52,078 nucleotides of DNA from NCBI GenBank assembly GCA_947174385.1, contig CAMWIU010000001.1:1-52078 (forward strand), given 5' to 3'. A program made the position numbers and the translations under genes. This document shows, piece after piece, positions 46,773 to 52,078 of the stretch. The stretch is from an uncultured Treponema sp. (GTDB lineage: Bacteria > Spirochaetota > Spirochaetia > Treponematales > Treponemataceae). The notes beneath the pieces were generated by a model. The model was not told the DNA's origin, searched no databases, and saw nothing but the letters and a program-made list of their open reading frames with translations. Positions within the stretch are counted from its first letter, which is position 1, and each line of letters starts with the position of its first letter.

Positions 46773-48023
46773 TTATTCAATCACATCCATTCTGGCAACG
46801 TCTTTTTCGTAATCCACGCCTTCCACGTCGAATCCGTTCGTTACCAAAAAGTCGTGCTTGTAGCCTTCAATATCGCAATATTCGCGCACATTTTCGTCGT
46901 TCACCGCCGCCATCGCTTTTGCGGCTTCCGCCTGAATGTCGTCGCGCAATTCCCAATCATCGATGCGGATTCGTTTTTCTTCGTCAACAGGAACTGTGCC
47001 CATCGCGCCGTCCGCGCCAGTGTAAAGCCGCTCGGCGAAAAGCCGCTCAATTTGTTCGACGCAACCTTCGTGCAAACCTTTCGCTTTCATAATCTTGAAC
47101 AAAATCGCGAGGTAAAGCGAGATGATTGGAATAACCGCGCTTGAGCGAGTGACAAGGCCTTTGTTCACGGAAACGTAAGCCGAGCCGCCCACGGATTTTT
47201 TGAGTTGCTCGTCCAAATTGCGGGCGGTTTTTTCCAAATGCTTTTTCGCCTGACCAATTGTTCCGTCGCGATAAATCGGATGACTCAAAGAAGGCCCGAT
47301 GTACGAATATGCCACCGTGCAAAATCCCTGCGACAAAACGCCCGCCGCGCTCAATGCGTCAATCCAAAGCTGCCAGTCTTCGCCGCCCATGACTTTCACC
47401 GTCGTTTCAACTTCCGCCTGATTCGCGGGCTCTGCGCTTGATTCGGTGAGTTTTTCCGCCATAAAATCCAAACATCGTCCGCCGTAGGTTTGTCCAATCG
47501 GCTTGATTACTGATTTGTACATTACCGGCGCGCCAGTGGCAGGATCGATTTTTTCGGGATCGTTGCGAACAGGGCTTGCCAAAGAATACACGAGCAAATC
47601 GATTTTGCCGCCCATTTTTTTGATTTCTTCGATTACATCCTCGCGCATTTTGTTGCTGTATGCATCGCCATTTAGCGTAATCGATTTGAGGCCGGCATTT
47701 TGCGCCGCCTTGTCGAACGCCTTGTTGTTGTACCAGCCCGGAGTGCCGCCCTTTGTTTCGGTGGCTTCCTTTTCAAACGAAACGCCGATTGTGTTCGCGC
47801 CGTATTCAAACGCCGCCGCAATTCGGCTGGCAAGTCCATAGCCCGTGGAGCAGCCCAAAACCAAAACTGTTTTCGGACCTTTGCCGCCTTCCGATGCGGA
47901 CTTGATTCCGCGCTTTTGCTTTTGCGCCTTCACATATTCGATTTGGCGTTCCGTGTCTTTGGCGCAGCCAATCGGATGCGCGTTGATGCAAATGCTACTT
48001 CTGATTTTTGGTGTGATAATCAT
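46773..48023 (-). CDS. fabV: Enoyl-ACP reductase FabV / trans-2-enoyl-CoA reductase
   Basis: AHPIGC, GCSTGYG, YSLASP, VMGGEDW, YRDGTIGQAK, HEGCVEQ. Confidence 0.95.
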   Translation of the reverse strand: MIITPKIRSSICINAHPIGCAKDTERQIEYVKAQKQKRGIKSASEGGKGPKTVLVLGCSTGYGLASRIAAAFEYGANTIGVSFEKEATETKGGTPGWYNNKAFDKAAQNAGLKSITLNGDAYSNKMREDVIEEIKKMGGKIDLLVYSLASPVRNDPEKIDPATGAPVMYKSVIKPIGQTYGGRCLDFMAEKLTESSAEPANQAEVETTVKVMGGEDWQLWIDALSAAGVLSQGFCTVAYSYIGPSLSHPIYRDGTIGQAKKHLEKTARNLDEQLKKSVGGSAYVSVNKGLVTRSSAVIPIISLYLAILFKIMKAKGLHEGCVEQIERLFAERLYTGADGAMGTVPVDEEKRIRIDDWELRDDIQAEAAKAMAAVNDENVREYCDIEGYKHDFLVTNGFDVEGVDYEKDVARMDVIE

Positions 48024-48040
48024 AATATTTTCTCCTAATT

Positions 48041-49297
48041 TTATTCTTCGTATTTTTTGAAAATTACGCAGCCATTGTGTCCGCCGAATCCCAACGACGC
48101 GCTAGCCGCCGCATTGATTGTGCCGTTTTGTCCGACGTTCGGAACGTAGTCCAAATCGCAGCCGCCTTCCACGTCAGGCTCGTCCAAATTGATTGTGGGC
48201 GGGAAAAATCCGTCGTTGATTGCCTTGATGCAGAACAAAGCCTCGATTGCGCCGGCCGCGCCAATCATGTGCCCCGTCATGCTTTTTGTTGAAGAAATTT
48301 TCAAATTTTTGGCATGCTCGCCGAACGCGAGTTTTACCATTTTCGTTTCGCCCGAATCATTGGCATGCGTTCCAGTTCCGTGCGCGTTGTAATATTGAAT
48401 TTCTTCGGGCTTGAGGCCGGCATCTTCCAAAGCGCGCGTGATTGCCTTCGCGCCGCCAGTTCCGTCTGGGAGCGGAGCGGTGATGTGATAAGAATCGCTC
48501 GAAGCTCCATAGCCTGCGAATTCGGCATAGATTTTCGCGCCGCGCTTTTTTGCGTGTTCCAATTCTTCCAAAACCAAAACCGCGCTTCCTTCGCCCATCA
48601 CGAATCCGTCGCGATTTTTGTCGAACGGTCGGCTGGCTTTGTGCGGATCGTCATTGTAATGCGAAGAGAGCGCCTTGAGCACCATAAAGCATCCGATGCC
48701 GAATCCCGTGATCGTGGCTTCAGTTCCGCCCGAAAGACAAATGTCCACGCGGCCGCTTCGAACCATATCAAGCGCGTTTCCCAAAGCGTCCGTGCCGCTC
48801 GCGCAAGCCGTCGCCAAAGTCCAGCAAGGACCTTCGATTCCGTAAAGCATGCTGACGTTTGCCGCGCCTTCGTTCGGAATGAATTCGGGAGCGGAAAGCG
48901 GAGGAATGCGAGTGACGCCCGCGCCCGGCTCGAAATATTTTTTGAACGCCGCCTCGATGACATCAAATCCGCCGATTCCGTTTCCAATCATCATTCCGAC
49001 TTTTTCGCCGGCAAGCTTTTCCTTGTCGTAGCCGGAATCCTTGATGGCTTGCGCGCTCGCCGCCACCAAAAATTGCGTGAAGCGGGCCATTTTTCTCCCT
49101 TCTTTCGAATCCACGCCAAAATCGGCGATGTCGAAATTCTTCACTTCGCCCGCCACTTGAACTTTGTATTCGGACGCATCGAAAAGCGTGATTTTTTCGA
49201 TGCCGCTTTTGCCCGCCTTGATGTTCTTCCAAGTTTCATCCACGGAATTTCCGAGCGGAGTTACCGCGCCCAAACCCGTCACAACGACTCTTCTCAT
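48041..49297 (-). CDS. fabF: Beta-ketoacyl-ACP synthase II
   Basis: RRVVVTGLG, TACASG, NAHGTGT, KSMTGHMIGAAG, GFGGHN. Confidence 0.95.
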   Translation of the reverse strand: MRRVVVTGLGAVTPLGNSVDETWKNIKAGKSGIEKITLFDASEYKVQVAGEVKNFDIADFGVDSKEGRKMARFTQFLVAASAQAIKDSGYDKEKLAGEKVGMMIGNGIGGFDVIEAAFKKYFEPGAGVTRIPPLSAPEFIPNEGAANVSMLYGIEGPCWTLATACASGTDALGNALDMVRSGRVDICLSGGTEATITGFGIGCFMVLKALSSHYNDDPHKASRPFDKNRDGFVMGEGSAVLVLEELEHAKKRGAKIYAEFAGYGASSDSYHITAPLPDGTGGAKAITRALEDAGLKPEEIQYYNAHGTGTHANDSGETKMVKLAFGEHAKNLKISSTKSMTGHMIGAAGAIEALFCIKAINDGFFPPTINLDEPDVEGGCDLDYVPNVGQNGTINAAASASLGFGGHNGCVIFKKYEE

Positions 49298-49383
49298 ATT
49301 TTCTCCAATTTTGCGCAAGATTTTGATTAAATATTTTACCACGAAAAAGCAAAGAATGTCTAGCCCGAAAATCGCACAAAAAA

Positions 49384-49418
49384 AGCCTTTCAAATTCAAG
49401 GAATGAACTTGAAAGGCT
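49384..49418 (-). terminator. Intrinsic terminator after the GH94 gene
   Basis: AGCCTTTCAA...TTGAAAGGCT with a T tract on the minus strand. Confidence 0.7.
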
Positions 49419-49450
49419 GAAATTTAAATCGCAAATTTACAAAATTGCAA

Positions 49451-51940
49451 TTATCCGACTACGACTTTGACGCTGACTTCCTTTTCGCCGTTCGCCACTT
49501 TTACTGTCGTTCCGTTGACTTTGGCGTTTCCGCTCGTAACGGAAAGCGTCACTTCGCCATCGTTCTTTTTGTTTTCCACGGAAATCTTGTATTCCACGCC
49601 GTGGAATTTTCGAGTAATCTTGGCTTTTTTGACGTGGCTCGGAAGGCGCGGCTCAATCACCAGACCTTCGTAGCTCGGGCGGATTCCGCACAGATATTGC
49701 GAAAGCGTCACGAAGTTCCAGGCGGCAGTTCCTGTAAGCCAGCTGTTTTTCGCTTCGCCTTGCCGCCGCGCCTCTTTGCCCGCGATCATTTGGCTGTAGA
49801 CATAAGGCTCGGTGCGGTGAATCTCGCTGAATTCTTCCACCCACGCCGGCGCGATTTTCTTGTAATGTTCGAAAGCATCTTGCGGACGACCGTTCACAAC
49901 TTCGCCGATGATGACCCACGGATTGTTGTGGCAGAAAATGCCGCCGTTTTCCTTGTATCCCGGCGGATACGAAGAAACTTCGCCCAATTCGATGTGGTAA
50001 TCCTGATAAGCCGGCCAGCAAATGCAAATTCCGTATTTCGAATCGAGATATTTTTTCACGCTGTCCAAAGATTTTTGCGGATAGCCTTTGTCCGCGCCGA
50101 TTTTTGCCATCGTTCCGAAACCCTGCGATTCGATGAAAATTTTTCCGTGTTCGCATTCGTTCGAGCCGACTTTTCTTCCGGCATCATCGTAGGCGCGAAC
50201 ATACCATTCGCCGTCCCAGCCCGCCGTGCAAATCGCCTTTTCCATTTTTTTGCAAGCGTCTTCGGCGAATTTTGCTTCGGCTTCGTCGCCCTGCATTTTG
50301 CACATCGCAATGTAATCTGGCGTAACATAGACGAACATTTCGGCAATCATCACGGATTCTGCGTTCTTGCCTTCTTTGTTCGTGCATGTTTGGAACGAAT
50401 CGTTCGGATTCATCGAAAAGCAGTTCAAATTCAAGCAGTCGTTCCAGTCGGCGCGACCAATCAGCGGAAGTCCGTGCGGTCCGATGTGAGTCGTGATGTA
50501 TCGATACGAACGTTTCAAATGCTCGTACATCGAGGCTTTGTTCGTTTCGCTGTTGTCGAACGGAACCATTTCGTTCAAGAAAGCCTTGTCGCCGCTCTCG
50601 CAAATATAGCGTCCGACTCCCAGCACGAGCCAAAGCGGATCGTCATTGAAGTTCGAGCCGATGTCGGCGTTTCCGCGCTTCGTGAGCGGCTGGAATTGAT
50701 GGTAGGCCGAGCCGTCTTCGAACTGAGTCGCCGCAACATCGAAAAGCCTTTCGCGGATGCGCTTTGCCGGCAATTGGTGCGCCACGCCGAGCATGTCCTG
50801 CGAAGTGTCGCGGAAGCCCATTCCACGGCCGATTCCGCTTTCAAAGTACGAAGCCGAGCGCGCGAAATTGTAAGTGACGACGCATTGATATTGATTCCAA
50901 ATCGCCATTCTGTCAAGTTTTTCATCGCCGGTCTTTAGCGTAAAGTGCGACATGATTTCGTCCCAAAAAGCCTTCAATTCTTTGAACGATTTTTCGACCT
51001 TTGACTTCGTGTTGAATTTCTTTTGGATTTCGTAGGCCTTTTCCTTGTTGATGATGCCGCTCGCGGTGTTCGTGCGGAGCAAGCCTTTTTTCACGGCCTT
51101 TTCCGCCTCGGCTTTGGAAAGCCATTTTTTTTCGTTCGCATTTTCGACATAGCCCAAAATGAAAATCACGGTCTTTTCTTCGCCGGGCTTCAAATTCACA
51201 TTGACGCGATGAGACGCGATCGGCGACCAGCCGTCCGCCACGGAATTTCCGCTTTCACCTTTTACGACGGTTTGCGGATTCGCGAACGAATTGTACAAGC
51301 CCATCCAAGTCTCGCGGTCGGTGTCGAAGCCGTCGAGTTTTTCCGAGCAAGAATAGAATGCGAAATGATTTCTTCTTTCGCGGTATTCGGTTTTGTGATA
51401 AATCGCGCTGCCTTCGATTTCAACTTCGCCGGTGGAAAAATTGCGCTGGAAATTCTGGCAGTCGTCCGAAGCGTTGTACAAGCACCATTCGACGAACGAA
51501 ACGAGCGAAAGCGACTTTTCCGCCTTGCCTTCATTTTTGAGCGTGAGCATTTCGATTTCGCAATTCTCGCCGTTCGGAACCATGTAAAGCACGTCGGCTT
51601 TTACGTCGTTCTTTTTGGAAGAAATTTTCGAATAGCCGAAACCATGGCGGCATTCGTAGGAATCAAGCTTTGTTTTCGTGGGCTGCCATCCCGGATTCCA
51701 AATGGTCTTTCCGTCCTTGATATAAAAATAGCGTCCGTTCGTGTCAAGCGGAACGTCATTGTATCGATAGCGCGTGATGCGGCGCAGACGAGCGTCGGTA
51801 TAAAACATATAGCCGCCGGCCGTGTTTGAAAAAAGCGAGAAAAATTTTTCATTTCCCAAATAATTAATCCAAGGATAAGGAGTCTGCGGAGTTGTAATTA
51901 CATACTCACGATTCTTATCATCAAAGAAGCCGAATTTCAT
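49451..51940 (-). CDS. GH94 glycoside phosphorylase, most like cellobiose phosphorylase
   Basis: TPYPWINYLG, RSASYFESGIGRGMGFRD, GRADWNDCLNLNCF, YKENGGIFCHNNPW, SWLTGTAAW; GGAGG SD. Confidence 0.92.
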   Translation of the reverse strand: MKFGFFDDKNREYVITTPQTPYPWINYLGNEKFFSLFSNTAGGYMFYTDARLRRITRYRYNDVPLDTNGRYFYIKDGKTIWNPGWQPTKTKLDSYECRHGFGYSKISSKKNDVKADVLYMVPNGENCEIEMLTLKNEGKAEKSLSLVSFVEWCLYNASDDCQNFQRNFSTGEVEIEGSAIYHKTEYRERRNHFAFYSCSEKLDGFDTDRETWMGLYNSFANPQTVVKGESGNSVADGWSPIASHRVNVNLKPGEEKTVIFILGYVENANEKKWLSKAEAEKAVKKGLLRTNTASGIINKEKAYEIQKKFNTKSKVEKSFKELKAFWDEIMSHFTLKTGDEKLDRMAIWNQYQCVVTYNFARSASYFESGIGRGMGFRDTSQDMLGVAHQLPAKRIRERLFDVAATQFEDGSAYHQFQPLTKRGNADIGSNFNDDPLWLVLGVGRYICESGDKAFLNEMVPFDNSETNKASMYEHLKRSYRYITTHIGPHGLPLIGRADWNDCLNLNCFSMNPNDSFQTCTNKEGKNAESVMIAEMFVYVTPDYIAMCKMQGDEAEAKFAEDACKKMEKAICTAGWDGEWYVRAYDDAGRKVGSNECEHGKIFIESQGFGTMAKIGADKGYPQKSLDSVKKYLDSKYGICICWPAYQDYHIELGEVSSYPPGYKENGGIFCHNNPWVIIGEVVNGRPQDAFEHYKKIAPAWVEEFSEIHRTEPYVYSQMIAGKEARRQGEAKNSWLTGTAAWNFVTLSQYLCGIRPSYEGLVIEPRLPSHVKKAKITRKFHGVEYKISVENKKNDGEVTLSVTSGNAKVNGTTVKVANGEKEVSVKVVVG

Positions 51941-51987
51941 AAAACCTCCAAATTGAGAAAAATTTGATTTTTAATAGAATATCTTTT

Positions 51988-52017
51988 ATTCTAACACAAA
52001 GGCCCGAGCGTTGTCAA
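51988..52017 (-). promoter_or_regulatory. Sigma70 promoter of the GH94 gene
   Basis: TTGACA-18 nt-TAGAAT on the minus strand. Confidence 0.7.
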
Positions 52018-52055
52018 GTTTTTTTGAAGCAGCACATTTTGTAAACAGCATATTT

Positions 52056-52078
52056 GGGGAAAAGCCTTTCCCCTAGGG
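52056..52078. repeat. Possible partial third copy of repeat family A
   Basis: GGGGAAAAGCCTTTCCCC resembles the terminal hairpin of family A; cut by the window end. Confidence 0.45.

Noticed and set aside
46184-47092. 302-aa ORF sharing GCYGLR..IPAAAKSVVRN with ORF 38629-38961
   Set aside because: The shared peptide is only a translation of repeat family B
49445-50938. 497-aa plus-strand ORF (and similar long ORFs opposite ppdK, metK, fabF and the UvrA paralogue)
   Set aside because: Antisense shadows produced by codon bias of the real genes
1-52078. tRNA, rRNA, CRISPR array, prophage or IS element
   Set aside because: No cloverleaf, rRNA-like stretch, repeat-spacer array, integrase or transposase recognised by eye; tRNAscan-SE and cmscan would settle it

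Overview
Mostly core-genome DNA from a gut/rumen-type Treponema (Spirochaetota). The attribution is inferred from the long archaeal-type PheS, FabV/TER, DUF5312, a DgcA-type cyclase, PPDK and spirochaetal lipoboxes. About 40 CDS: metNIQ, pyrBIC, ppdK, metK, aroA, pheS, fabF/fabV, a GH94 phosphorylase, nth, a UvrA paralogue, transporters and a c-di-GMP neighbourhood. No tRNA, rRNA, CRISPR array, integrase or transposase was recognised. Main observations: (1) at least 11 genes have a sigma70 -10 box only 5-8 nt before the ATG and no Shine-Dalgarno, i.e. a leaderless-mRNA layout, while the likely high-expression genes have SD leaders; (2) a ~957-aa lipoprotein with three ~225-aa repeats is frameshifted at a G9 tract in its signal peptide (probable phase variation); (3) an AT-rich C5-methyltransferase + HNH restriction-modification cassette has a duplicated target-recognition region in the MTase; (4) a protease-less FtsH-like AAA ATPase is coupled to an orphan amino-methyltransferase; (5) several modular palindromic repeat families occur, one pair bracketing nth in inverted orientation; (6) mntP has a locally degraded 5' end; (7) PPDK carries a histone-H1-like tail. 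All calls come from reading motifs by eye; no searches were run.
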